Below are positions 10,133-19,663 of a stretch of 64,000 nucleotides of DNA, in pieces; the first letter of the stretch is position 1, and each line of letters starts with the position of its first letter. Source of the stretch: Terrimicrobiaceae bacterium (GTDB taxonomy: Bacteria > Verrucomicrobiota > Verrucomicrobiia > Chthoniobacterales > Terrimicrobiaceae). The DNA is taken from assembly GCA_044342325.1 (NCBI GenBank), contig JBIIPZ010000005.1, positions 1-64,000 of the forward strand, in the 5' to 3' direction. A program made the translations under genes and the position numbers. The notes under the pieces were generated by a model, which was given only the letters and a program-made list of their open reading frames with translations, did not search any database and was not told where the DNA came from.

Positions 10133-11463
10133 CAGCGGACATCGAAACAATCCGCCGCAGCGCGGAGCCCCTGCTCGGTGAACCCTCCGACTACGACGCT
10201 CTCATCGAGCGGTGCGAAAAAGCCAAAGTCGTCCTCCTCGGCGAGGCCACCCATGGCACGCATGAATTCTACGAGGCACGCTCGGAAATCACGAAACGAC
10301 TCATCGAGGAACTCGGCTTCAATGCCGTGGCTGTGGAGGCTGACTGGCCCGATTCCTGGAGGGTGAATGAATTTGTGACAGGCTCGGATGGCGACTCCGC
10401 CGCAGCCGATGCGCTCAGCGGGTTCAAAAGATTTCCGCAGTGGATGTGGAGAAACAGCGATGTGCTCGATTTTGCAGGCTGGCTGCGGGATTGGAATATT
10501 GACGCAGGCGAGGCAGAGGTGGGTTTTTACGGCCTCGATCTCTACAGCCTCAACGAATCGATGAAAGCTGTCCTCGACTACTTGCGTGAAACCGATCCCG
10601 CAGTAGCGCGGAAATTTTCGCACCGCTACGCGTGCTTCGACCATTTTGGGGGTGACCCAAAGCGTTACGGCCTCTTCACCGGCACAGGAATTTCAAAGAG
10701 CTGCGAGGACGATGTCATCGCCGCTCTTGCCGATCTACGACGCAAAAAAGGAGCCTGGCTCGGACTCGATGGCCACCGCGCTGGGGAGGCCTACTTCTGC
10801 GCGGAACAAAATGCCACCGTCGTCGCCGATGCTGAAAACTATTACCGCACGATGCTTCGCGGCGATGTCGAGTCCTGGAATCTCCGCGACCGGCACATGA
10901 TGAATACCCTGCTGGCCATTTCTTCTCATCTGGAGGCCCTCCATGGCCAAGCAAAGATCGTCGTGTGGGCGCACAACTCCCATATCGGGGACGCCCGCGC
11001 CACTCAAATGGGCCATCGCGGCGAATTCAACATCGGCCAGTTAGCGCGGGAACACTTCGGCACGGCGGCCGTGCTGATCGGCTTCACCACGAACAACGGC
11101 ACTGTGACGGCAGCTTCGGATTGGGACGCGCCAGCGGAGCGCAAAGCCATTCGCCCTGCCCTCGCCCACAGCTGCGAAAAGCTCTTTCACGAAACCGAGA
11201 TTCCGCGCTTCTGGCTGGATTTTTCAAAACACAAGGAAGCCGCCGATCTGCTGCACCATCCGCTTCTCGAACGAGCCATCGGAGTCATCTACCGCCCGGA
11301 AACCGAGCGGGAGAGCCACTACTTCTCAGCAAGTGTCTCAGAGCAGTTCGATGCGGTTTTTCACTTCGATGAAACCCACGCCGTCGAACCCCTCGAGCGC
11401 ACCCCGATCTGGGAGGCCGATGGCGTTGCGGAAGTCGACGAGACCTACCCGAGCGGGCTTTGA
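10129..11463 (+). CDS. Erythromycin esterase family protein
   Basis: LLGEATHGTHEFY, AVEADWPD, FPQWMWRN, WNLRDRHM, VWAHNSHIGDARAT, ERAIGVIYRPETER.SHY. Confidence 0.92.
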   Translation: MTADIETIRRSAEPLLGEPSDYDALIERCEKAKVVLLGEATHGTHEFYEARSEITKRLIEELGFNAVAVEADWPDSWRVNEFVTGSDGDSAAADALSGFKRFPQWMWRNSDVLDFAGWLRDWNIDAGEAEVGFYGLDLYSLNESMKAVLDYLRETDPAVARKFSHRYACFDHFGGDPKRYGLFTGTGISKSCEDDVIAALADLRRKKGAWLGLDGHRAGEAYFCAEQNATVVADAENYYRTMLRGDVESWNLRDRHMMNTLLAISSHLEALHGQAKIVVWAHNSHIGDARATQMGHRGEFNIGQLAREHFGTAAVLIGFTTNNGTVTAASDWDAPAERKAIRPALAHSCEKLFHETEIPRFWLDFSKHKEAADLLHHPLLERAIGVIYRPETERESHYFSASVSEQFDAVFHFDETHAVEPLERTPIWEADGVAEVDETYPSGL

Positions 11464-11520
11464 GCAAAAACAATTCAGAGCCCATTTTTTTGAGACCGGA
11501 ACGCACAGCGCCGACTCCCA

Positions 11521-11605
11521 TGCCGACGGGGACGTCGGCGCTCCGTTGAATTTTTGGAGGGTCATCGTCCTCGCATGAACCAAGATTCAGCCGCAGAGCG
11601 GCGTC
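11521..11605. repeat. Modular REP-like palindromic element (modules A+B, empty hairpin)
   Basis: TGCCGACGGGGACGTCGGCGCTCC ... GGAGGGTCATCGTCCTCGCATGAACC ... TTCAGCCGCAGAGCGGCGTC between convergent genes. Near-identical to 34498-34595. Confidence 0.85.
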
Positions 11606-11615
11606 TAAGAGCGGA

Positions 11616-14507
11616 TCAACTGCGCGTCACTTGCAAGCCGGTGTCTGAGATGTCCATTCGCACGAAGCGGGCTCTTGAGTTTGGCGGGCGAGTGGTGAGT
11701 TCGTGGCGGATGCGGGAGGCGGCTTCGGCGTCTTTGGCGAGGAAGAGGATGTAGCCGCCGCCGCCTGCTCCGGGAAGTTTTGCGGCGGCAGTCCAGTCGG
11801 AGACGCGGTTGAGGATGTCCTGAACGGCGGGCGGGTTGGTGCCGGCATCGAGGGCGCAGTTGAGTTCCCATGTCCGCCTGACGACGCTGCAGAGACCGTC
11901 CCACGATTCGCGTTGCAGGATATCGAAGGAATCGCGCGCGTGGGCAGCGATTTCGTCGAGGCGTGACATCGTTTCCGGGCGGTTGAGGAACATTCCACGC
12001 ACGATCTCGCGGAGGATGCCCTTCGCGACGCGGGTGATGCCTGTGTAGTAGAGCAGGGCCATGCCGTTGGTGTTCGACGGGCCGAAGAGGTGCTGGGGGA
12101 GCCATCGCACGAGGCCGCGTTGGGTGAAGCCGGGCGAGGATTCGATCATTTTCAGACCGCGATGGATTCCACCCGCTTGGTCCTGCCATCCGCCGCCGGT
12201 TGTGAGGAGCTGTTCCAGCGCGAGGGTGCGTGAGCAAATTTCCTCGTGATCCCAGCCCAGACCGCAAACTTCAGAAAGTGTGCCGAGAAGTGTGGCGGCG
12301 AGAATGCTGCTGGTGCCGAGGCCGGAGCCTTTCGGCGTGGCGGCGAGGAGCGAGATCTCAAGTCCGCCGCCGAATTCGCCGAGGAGGTCTTCGAGAGACC
12401 CCGCACGGGTGTGGGCGGTGAACCGCGGATGGAAGCCGGCGAGCGCGAGAGCGGCCTTCGCGAGGGAAAACTCGGCGCCGACATGCGTGAAGTCTTCCAA
12501 TTCCTCAAAAGTGCGGACGCGCGTTTCGGCTCCGAGGTCGATGGAGCGGATCACGATTTCGCGGTGCAGCGGCACGCGAGCGAAGACCTGCACGGGCGGC
12601 TGGCCATTGAGATCGAGCGCGACATTTACGACAGCCCCGCCGCGTTTCAGGCAATACGGAGGCGTGTCGGTCCAGCCACCGGCAAGATCGATACGGATCG
12701 GACAGCGTCCCCAAACGATCTGGTCATCCACCGCCGTGCGGACTGGCGCACATTTTTTAGAAGCAATGCGATCGACCACCAGATCGCTCAAGAATGAGAA
12801 GGCGCGTTTTTCGTAGAGACTCGAGAGGGTTTCATCGCCGCGTGTCTGAGCGACCTGCGCGCAAAACATGGCCTCGGAGAGAAAATCCACCGGTGAACCG
12901 CTCGGCTCGGCCAAGGCAGGCGTGAGCGCGTTTGTTTCCGCAAAAAATCGGGCCGTGCTGTCGAGGTCGAGGCGATAGAAGGGATTGTTGCCACGCTGGG
13001 CAAAGAGGCGCGGCGTGACCGAGGCGATTTGGAGGCGCCTCTCGGCGAGGAGGCGCGTGGGATTGAAGCGCTCGGTGATCTCCTGCGCGGAGAGGCGCTC
13101 GCTGTTTTTCCAGAGCGCCAAAAGCTCGGCATCCTTTGTGGGCTCTTGCGAAGACATCCAAGAAACCAGGCGCCCCGTGAGATCGGTGGACTCCAAGATT
13201 GGGAATAGGCGTGCTGACTGGATATCTGTATTCGGCGGCAGACCGCAATCCGCTGGAGAAATACCGCGTCTCTGGAACCACAGCTCGCAGGGTTCGCCAA
13301 GCCATTCGGTGGATGAATCGCCGATGGCGCCTTTGAAGGAATCGTCAAATCCATAGACGCGCAAGCAGCGTGAGGACTCGCCGACGGGCGGGGTGTCCAC
13401 GCAGACTCCGGGTGCAAGCGGGAGCGATCCGATTTCCGCCGGCAGGTTGGTCAAAACATTTTCGGAAGTGAGCGGGAGCGCCGCCGGGAGGATGCAATTC
13501 TCAACCCAAATGAGCTTGTTGTCGCTTGAGCGTGAGCTGAAGGCGAAGTCGGAATTCAGGACATACATGTCCGGATGCGGCTTCAGCGAGAGGTGGGATT
13601 GGCCGCGCTGGTCGAGGCTGCGGTTTTGCAGGGCTGACACGGATTCGATCATCTGGCGGCTTGTGCCGAAGTGGTAAAATTCCGCGTCGGGCAGAGCAAC
13701 GACCGCGCAGGTCAGGCGGGCGATGTCATCGTCCTGCACAACGGGCCGACTTCCCATGCAGGGGCCCATGCCGGCGTAGAGTTCATAGAAATCCGGCACG
13801 CCTTTGGCAAATTGTCCCGCCTCGGCATTCCATCCGCATTTTTTAAAAAGGACAGAAACCGCCTTGGCGCTCAGCAGCCAGAGGCCGGTATCGACGAGGA
13901 AGAGATTGTCGGCGGCGAGCTTGGTGATTTCGTCCGGCTTGGGTTTTTGGAGAAAAAACGCGAGTTCCTCTGGACTGGATTTCGGAGTAAAAAAAACGCC
14001 GAAGTGCGAGGCGGTGTGGGCATCCACCCACATTCCCAGGCCAAGGATGTCGGCATCCGGCATGGCGGGAAGTCTCGGCGGAAAGCGCAGGAGCACATCG
14101 CCGCTGGCAACCATGACCCGGCTCTGCGAGGGCGCACGCGCAGCAATGTGGCCGAAGCCGGGCATCTGCACATCTAGCAAAGTCTGGTCGAGGCGCTGGC
14201 CGTCCGCCCAGCGGAGGGCGGGAAAGGGCATGAGGATTTTTCCCGTGGCGGCGTAGGCTGGCAGGCGGCGGCTTTGTCCACCGGCCATAAGTGCGAGTTT
14301 AAGCGCGGGTTCGTCACACCATTCCTCGAAGGCCCGAGTCCCGCCTTTGCTGCGCCAGGCCTCCGCCAGCAGGTGGGCCACACCACCACCGGAGCCGAGC
14401 TTGCTGCCGACGGGGTCACACGCGGCGAACCATCCCACCCCCTCGGCCGTGCCGGGAAAGTAGGCCGACATGGCAGGTGGCAGGGAGATAAGCTGATCGA
14501 TTGTCAT
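11616..14507 (-). CDS. fkp: Bifunctional L-fucokinase / L-fucose-1-phosphate guanylyltransferase
   Basis: N-terminal DPVGSKLGSGGG and AGGQSRRLPAYAATGKIL. C-terminal GHMP kinase with PIRIDLAGGWTDTPP, PKGSGLGTSSIL, GGGWQDQ and KLPGAGGGGY. Start taken at ATG 14507, just after the asd stop. Confidence 0.93.
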   Translation of the reverse strand: MTIDQLISLPPAMSAYFPGTAEGVGWFAACDPVGSKLGSGGGVAHLLAEAWRSKGGTRAFEEWCDEPALKLALMAGGQSRRLPAYAATGKILMPFPALRWADGQRLDQTLLDVQMPGFGHIAARAPSQSRVMVASGDVLLRFPPRLPAMPDADILGLGMWVDAHTASHFGVFFTPKSSPEELAFFLQKPKPDEITKLAADNLFLVDTGLWLLSAKAVSVLFKKCGWNAEAGQFAKGVPDFYELYAGMGPCMGSRPVVQDDDIARLTCAVVALPDAEFYHFGTSRQMIESVSALQNRSLDQRGQSHLSLKPHPDMYVLNSDFAFSSRSSDNKLIWVENCILPAALPLTSENVLTNLPAEIGSLPLAPGVCVDTPPVGESSRCLRVYGFDDSFKGAIGDSSTEWLGEPCELWFQRRGISPADCGLPPNTDIQSARLFPILESTDLTGRLVSWMSSQEPTKDAELLALWKNSERLSAQEITERFNPTRLLAERRLQIASVTPRLFAQRGNNPFYRLDLDSTARFFAETNALTPALAEPSGSPVDFLSEAMFCAQVAQTRGDETLSSLYEKRAFSFLSDLVVDRIASKKCAPVRTAVDDQIVWGRCPIRIDLAGGWTDTPPYCLKRGGAVVNVALDLNGQPPVQVFARVPLHREIVIRSIDLGAETRVRTFEELEDFTHVGAEFSLAKAALALAGFHPRFTAHTRAGSLEDLLGEFGGGLEISLLAATPKGSGLGTSSILAATLLGTLSEVCGLGWDHEEICSRTLALEQLLTTGGGWQDQAGGIHRGLKMIESSPGFTQRGLVRWLPQHLFGPSNTNGMALLYYTGITRVAKGILREIVRGMFLNRPETMSRLDEIAAHARDSFDILQRESWDGLCSVVRRTWELNCALDAGTNPPAVQDILNRVSDWTAAAKLPGAGGGGYILFLAKDAEAASRIRHELTTRPPNSRARFVRMDISDTGLQVTRS

Positions 14508-14508
14508 C

Positions 14509-15495
14509 TTAGAGGAGTTCGGCGATCTGAATGGCATTAAGCGCCGCGCCCTTCAGCAACTGGTCACCACAGACCCAGAAGGCGATGCCATTGTCCATCG
14601 CGCAATCGCGGCGGAGACGACCCGCGAAGCAGTCGTCCTTTCCGGCGCAATCGAGCGGCATGGGATATCCATCCTCCACGAATTGAAGTCCAGGCGCATT
14701 CTTGAGCGCTGTGCGGGCTTCTTCGAGCGAAATGGGTTTTGAAAACTCGGCACTCACGGCCACCGAGTGGGCGCGGTAAACAGGAACGCGCACACAGGTC
14801 ACGGAGGCCTTGAACTCAGGCAGGTGCATGATACGGCGACCCTCGTTTTCCATTTTCATTTCCTCTTTCGTGTAGCCGGTGTCCAAAAAGGAATCGACCT
14901 GCGGGATGACATTGAACGCGATCTGATGCGGGAAAATTTCTTTCACGATAGGATGGCCCTTGGCGAGGGCTTCCATCTGATGCCGAAGTTCGTCAATCGC
15001 GCGCGCACCTGCTCCAGAAACGGCTTGGTAGCTCGATGCGAAAAGGCGGGTCACGCCAAATGCGCGGTGCAGAGGATGCAGTGCCATGAGGGTGATGGCT
15101 GTCGTGCAGTTGGGATTGGCAATGATGCCGCGATGGTTTTTGACATCCACTCCGTTGATTTCTGGAACAACAAGGGGCACATCGTGGGACATGCGGAAGG
15201 CCGAGGAGTTGTCCACCACCACAGCGCCACTGGTCACGGCCGCGTGGGCGAAGTCGCGCGAGATGGCGCCGCCAGCGCTGAAGAGCGCGATGTCGATACC
15301 TTCAAAGGAATTTAAATGCAGCGGCTCCACCGTGATTTCTTCGCCACGGAAAGTGAGTGTTTTTCCAGCAGATCGGGGTGAGGCCAGCAAGCGAAGGCTG
15401 GCAACGGGGAAATTGCGGCGTTCCATGACGCGGAGCATTTCGACTCCGACCGCACCGGATGCGCCAACGATTGCGACTCTATGGGATTTTGACAT
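14509..15495 (-). CDS. asd: Aspartate-semialdehyde dehydrogenase
   Basis: GASGAVG, DNSSAFRM, IANPNCTT, SYQAVSGAG, CVRVPVYRAHS, DQLLKGAALNAIQIAE. Confidence 0.97.
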   Translation of the reverse strand: MSKSHRVAIVGASGAVGVEMLRVMERRNFPVASLRLLASPRSAGKTLTFRGEEITVEPLHLNSFEGIDIALFSAGGAISRDFAHAAVTSGAVVVDNSSAFRMSHDVPLVVPEINGVDVKNHRGIIANPNCTTAITLMALHPLHRAFGVTRLFASSYQAVSGAGARAIDELRHQMEALAKGHPIVKEIFPHQIAFNVIPQVDSFLDTGYTKEEMKMENEGRRIMHLPEFKASVTCVRVPVYRAHSVAVSAEFSKPISLEEARTALKNAPGLQFVEDGYPMPLDCAGKDDCFAGRLRRDCAMDNGIAFWVCGDQLLKGAALNAIQIAELL

Positions 15496-15506
15496 ACTCT
15501 AAAATT

Positions 15507-15989
15507 ATGACACCGGACATGCCCGCACGGCAATCCTCGGAAGAATGGGAGATGCGAGTGGATATTCCGCGCCAGATGCTCGACCTGCGACATCGCGGCG
15601 AGGCGGTCAAATCCTGGCCGGTTTCCACATCGCGGTTCGGCGTGGGATTCGAGCCCGGCAGTTTCAAGACGCCGACAGGACATTTTGCCGTGCAGGAAAA
15701 AATCGGGGCCGACGCGCCGTTATGGATGGAATTCAAAAGCCGCCAACCCACCGGGAACCTTGCCGCTCCCGGCGGCGAGCAGGACGGCATTCTGACACGC
15801 ATTCTCTGGCTCTCAGGCCTTGATGAGCAAAATGCCAATACCCGCGACCGCTACATTTATTTCCATGGGACGAATCGCGAGGACCTGATCGGAACCCCAG
15901 CCAGCCACGGATGCATACGGCTCCGGAATGCTGACATTGCCGAGCTATTCGATCTGGTGCCGGAAGGCACGCGGGTGGTTATTGCTTAA
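15507..15989 (+). CDS. L,D-transpeptidase (YkuD/ErfK family)
   Basis: PVSTS, TPTG and IYFHGT...SHGCIRL catalytic motif. Confidence 0.92.
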   Translation: MTPDMPARQSSEEWEMRVDIPRQMLDLRHRGEAVKSWPVSTSRFGVGFEPGSFKTPTGHFAVQEKIGADAPLWMEFKSRQPTGNLAAPGGEQDGILTRILWLSGLDEQNANTRDRYIYFHGTNREDLIGTPASHGCIRLRNADIAELFDLVPEGTRVVIA

Positions 15990-18264
15990 AGGTCTCGCCG
16001 TTAAGAAATCCCTCGGCGACCCAGCTTTCTTTCTCCAAGCGTATCCGCACTGCTCCGGTGCGATCCTGCCGGAAGAGGCGGATGCCGAGGCTCTCCACCA
16101 TGGAAGCCCATTGCTCATCGATTGGTTCGTTTGAGGGAAAACCTGCGACTGTGGCGACGACGAGTGAGGGATTCACGGTTCGGAGAAACGAGCCCTCGGG
16201 GAGCGCTCCGGACTTGTGGCGACCCAAAATCACGATATCCGCCGGGATTGCCGCGTTCTGGTTTTCCAGAAGCCACTGAAATGTCGCCGGCCCGGCGTCG
16301 GAGAGTAAAAGGATCCGTGTCCGGCCTGACTCCAGCAATGCGACGAGGGATTTGTCATCCGCTGTCGCGGCAACGAGACCTTCCGGTGGATGCAGGATTT
16401 TCAGCGAAGAAGATGGGCTGATCTCAAAACGATCCCCCGAGCGCGCTTTCGATGCGGGCAAGGCAGCGGCATCCATCGCCGCGTGCAGGCGGCGACGCAC
16501 TGGCGACCGGTCGGTAAGCGGAGAGTCGATAATTCTCGGGAGCGCATTTGTGTCGAGTAGACTGCCCACTCCGCCAATGTGGTTGGCATCGCCATGCGTG
16601 AGCACCAAGGCATCCGGCTTCCAATGGCCAGTGCTGCGCATCCATGGCGTGAGGATGTTTTCAAAATCCCAACGCGAACCGCAGTCCACAAGCCAGAACC
16701 TCCCTCCGCTCTCGATTGCTGTTGCGCCACCGGAGCCGAAATCAAACACCGTGAGAGCAGCGGGCGCCGTCTGCCAGCTTCCGATCGGTAGAAACGAGCC
16801 CGGCAAGGCCGCCGCTGCTTGGATGACGAAGACCAGAATTTTTGTGAAGACGAGGTTCGCGTTGTTAAAAACCGCTGCCAAGGCTGCGCTGGCGAGTCCG
16901 CCGGTCAGAGCAAGGACAGCTGTGGCCATGATGAGAAAAGACAACGGCACGACAACAAGATTCGCTGCCAGTGCGGAAATCGACACCATGTGGAAATAAA
17001 AAACCGTGAGTGGTAGCGAACCGATCCAAGCGGCCAGTGATACCGCCAGCAAGGACGATGTGTTGCCAGCCGCTTCGTGGCGTTTCTTCTGCCACGAAGT
17101 CCAAAGCGACACTGGGATGAACGGATCCGGCTCCAGGCGTTGGCGAATCCGCTCTTGGAGTGGCCCGGCGATGAGCAGAATCGCGGCGACCACGGTGAAC
17201 GAGAGTTGGAATCCGGGATTGAAAAGTTCGTTCGTCGATTGCGCCAAAATGACGAATGCCGCCGCGCACAGGGAATTCAAGGCGATGGGTTGCCGCCACG
17301 AGACCATGCCGATCAGAAAAATTGCCGTCATGGTCGCAGCGCGGATGCTCGAGGGTTTCCAGCCTGTGAGCAACGCATAGAAGAAGAGAGCCGGAATGAT
17401 TACACATGTCGCAGTGCCGCGTGGGACTCCAACGACTCGGAACGCCTGCCAGAGAATCACGGCGATCATTCCCACATGGAGACCTGACACAGAAAAAAGA
17501 TGGAATGTCCCCGTTTGCCGGAACTCGTCTTGAAGCGTGTCGGGGATATCCGAGGTCACTCCCAGCACAATACCGGCGAGAAGATTGCAAACGAGTGGAT
17601 CATCTGAAATGCCCTCCCGCAGCGTGGCCTCCATCCACTTTCGGCAGGCGGCGGCGAGGCGCGGAAGCGAGAGCCCTCTAGCGGGAGCGGTTATTTCCAA
17701 ATCCTTCGGGGATGTGGCCACGAGTTCACATGTGATGCCGCGCAGCTGCATGACACGCCGCGCGTTGAATTGGCCGGGATTCCGCGGAGGCGCAATCGGA
17801 CGCAGGCTGCCGATGAGGCGCACCGAGTCTTCGAGGCCGGGGGTAACTGCAGGAACGATAGCCAGAATATTGCAGGGGAGGTTGATTATTTGCCCGTCCA
17901 TTTCGATGCGCGTCGCCTCAACGACAAAACGGGCTTTTCCACTCGTGCCCACCGACGGTTCGGTGCGAACGATTCCCTCGATCAGTGCCACTTGCGGCGC
18001 AACTCCGAGCTTTTCAGCGAGCCGCGCTGCGGACGACTCGCGGGTTTGTATGACTTGCAGCGCAGCGAACAAAAATGCCGCAGCGGCATAAACACAGACG
18101 CTCCGGCGGAGTGGCACCCACGCCGCAAGGGCAAGGACTGTCAGAAGGAGAAATACTTCCGATCCAACCGGGCTCAACCAAGCCCCGAGAACGCCAGCGG
18201 CTGCTGCGCCCGCCAAGCCAAGGAAGGGCAGGCGCTGATGCCAAAGCGGGGCTTTTGCAGTCAC
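15979..18264 (-). CDS. comEC: ComEC/Rec2 DNA-uptake competence protein
   Basis: PPRNPGQFN, FRQTGTFHLFSVSGLHVG, PGFQLSF, multiple TM segments, C-terminal metallo-beta-lactamase-like domain (THGDANHIGG; RQDRTGAV). Confidence 0.93.
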   Translation of the reverse strand: MTAKAPLWHQRLPFLGLAGAAAAGVLGAWLSPVGSEVFLLLTVLALAAWVPLRRSVCVYAAAAFLFAALQVIQTRESSAARLAEKLGVAPQVALIEGIVRTEPSVGTSGKARFVVEATRIEMDGQIINLPCNILAIVPAVTPGLEDSVRLIGSLRPIAPPRNPGQFNARRVMQLRGITCELVATSPKDLEITAPARGLSLPRLAAACRKWMEATLREGISDDPLVCNLLAGIVLGVTSDIPDTLQDEFRQTGTFHLFSVSGLHVGMIAVILWQAFRVVGVPRGTATCVIIPALFFYALLTGWKPSSIRAATMTAIFLIGMVSWRQPIALNSLCAAAFVILAQSTNELFNPGFQLSFTVVAAILLIAGPLQERIRQRLEPDPFIPVSLWTSWQKKRHEAAGNTSSLLAVSLAAWIGSLPLTVFYFHMVSISALAANLVVVPLSFLIMATAVLALTGGLASAALAAVFNNANLVFTKILVFVIQAAAALPGSFLPIGSWQTAPAALTVFDFGSGGATAIESGGRFWLVDCGSRWDFENILTPWMRSTGHWKPDALVLTHGDANHIGGVGSLLDTNALPRIIDSPLTDRSPVRRRLHAAMDAAALPASKARSGDRFEISPSSSLKILHPPEGLVAATADDKSLVALLESGRTRILLLSDAGPATFQWLLENQNAAIPADIVILGRHKSGALPEGSFLRTVNPSLVVATVAGFPSNEPIDEQWASMVESLGIRLFRQDRTGAVRIRLEKESWVAEGFLNGETFKQ

Positions 18265-18288
18265 GCTCCGAACAGCCTTGCGGCAGCG

Positions 18289-18792
18289 TTAGTTGAAAGA
18301 AAACGGGCTGTAGAGGGATTCCTCGTAGCCCGAGTTGTAGAAGCCATCGATCGCCGGCTCGTTATAGGCGAAAGGTTGTTCATCCTGATAGAGCCGCGAG
18401 TTGGTCCGCTCCCCAGGGGATCGCGGCCCGGCGGTATTTTGCGGAGCGGGCGAATGGCCGTAGAAGCCGCGTGTGTTTGAAAGAAACCCGAGCAACTGCG
18501 CATCAGCGCCGGCGGATTTCAGGGCCGACATTTCGCTGGGGGCGAAATTGCACACCTGCCGCGTGCTGTTGAGATAGGCGATGATTTTGTCATCCGGCAC
18601 ACCGCTGGTGACCAGACTCCGAATGTCGAAGAAATCGAGCTTCCCGCCGGCGGACATTTTCGATGTCGTCGAGGCGGCTACTCCGCGCGAGGTCGCGGCC
18701 GAGAGCACGGCGGGATTGACCTGGGATGTGCTGGAGCAAGCGGAGAGCCAAAGGGCGATCGGAGCGAGAAAAAGCAGGGTGATGCGTTGCAT
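18289..18792 (-). CDS. Putative lipoprotein
   Basis: From ATG 18792: MQRITLLFLAPIALWLSAC, a signal peptide with lipobox LSAC. Confidence 0.7.
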   Translation of the reverse strand: MQRITLLFLAPIALWLSACSSTSQVNPAVLSAATSRGVAASTTSKMSAGGKLDFFDIRSLVTSGVPDDKIIAYLNSTRQVCNFAPSEMSALKSAGADAQLLGFLSNTRGFYGHSPAPQNTAGPRSPGERTNSRLYQDEQPFAYNEPAIDGFYNSGYEESLYSPFSFN

Positions 18793-18891
18793 GGTGTTTG
18801 TATTGCCTTCCTTGAGGAGCTGAAGGACTACCCGAGCATGGGCCTGATGGCAATGACTTCGAGTGGCGGAGCGCACTATTCTGGTGTGGGA

Positions 18892-19185
18892 TTAAGGCTT
18901 TCGTTCGATCCAATATTCCGGGCTACGGGCAGCGTGTCCGATGGCCAAAATTAAAACTACGCCTGCTTCGATCGAATACGCGATGTAGTAAGGGAAACGA
19001 TCAAGGTTGACTCTTCGATAGCCGCGACGCCTGAGCCTGGGCTGCTCTGGAGCCGTTGCGAGCATTTGCACGAACTCATACACCTCTTCCGTGTATTCCG
19101 TGCCTAGACCTCTTTGCTTGCGCTCGTAGTAAAGAGCGGATTGAGCTATTTCTTCGAGAGCCTGTGGCGTGAATGCTACTTGCAT
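18892..19185 (-). CDS. RelE/ParE family type II toxin
   Basis: FTPQALEEI...YYE...GLG.E...RRVNLDRFPYYIAY...ILAIGHAARSPEYW. Confidence 0.9.
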   Translation of the reverse strand: MQVAFTPQALEEIAQSALYYERKQRGLGTEYTEEVYEFVQMLATAPEQPRLRRRGYRRVNLDRFPYYIAYSIEAGVVLILAIGHAARSPEYWIERKP

Positions 19186-19415
19186 TCGTGCAGGCGGGCA
19201 GCAATATTACTTTTTACCTCCTCAAAGGAAACAACTTCCATTCGGCCTTCCCGATACGATATCAATCGGGCTTCGATTTCATTGTCCCATAAGGCTTCGA
19301 TTTCCGAATTCACCGAATCGTCTTCGAGCGAGAGAAGATAATGGGCAAGGCGAATTTGCTGGGGGCGTGGTAATTCCAGCACCTCATGCGTGATAACCTC
19401 GAGTGTGTTTGGCAT
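19176..19415 (-). CDS. Addiction module antitoxin (TIGR02574-like)
   Basis: VLELPRPQQIRLAHYLLSL...IEALWDNEIEARL..Y.EG....VSFEEV. Overlaps the toxin start. Confidence 0.88.
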   Translation of the reverse strand: MPNTLEVITHEVLELPRPQQIRLAHYLLSLEDDSVNSEIEALWDNEIEARLISYREGRMEVVSFEEVKSNIAARLHECK

Positions 19416-19663
19416 GGTTTGGGGTTTCTTTCCTTGGGTCAGTTTACACTCATTTCGCGAACAAGGAGATTTTAATCTGCGACCGACTTTTAGATTTGGG
19501 AACGATTCTCGTATTCATAACTTCGTTTGCCAGCGGGTTCTCCCTCTTGGCTTACACCATGTTTTCTTATGCATGCGGAGTGCCAAAAGAAGGAAGCAAG
19601 CACAAATTGTGACCACTTTTGGTAATACTTTAAAGGATGAAATCATTTCATATCGCCAGCCCC

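Noticed and set aside
10129..11463. Macrolide resistance gene (ere)
   Set aside because: Motifs and operon context match the widespread uncharacterised PRT-associated subgroup. Resistance cannot be inferred from family membership.
19416..19663. AT-rich gap between the antitoxin and xerD as a small gene
   Set aside because: Only short ORFs without recognisable features. It may be a remnant but cannot be supported.
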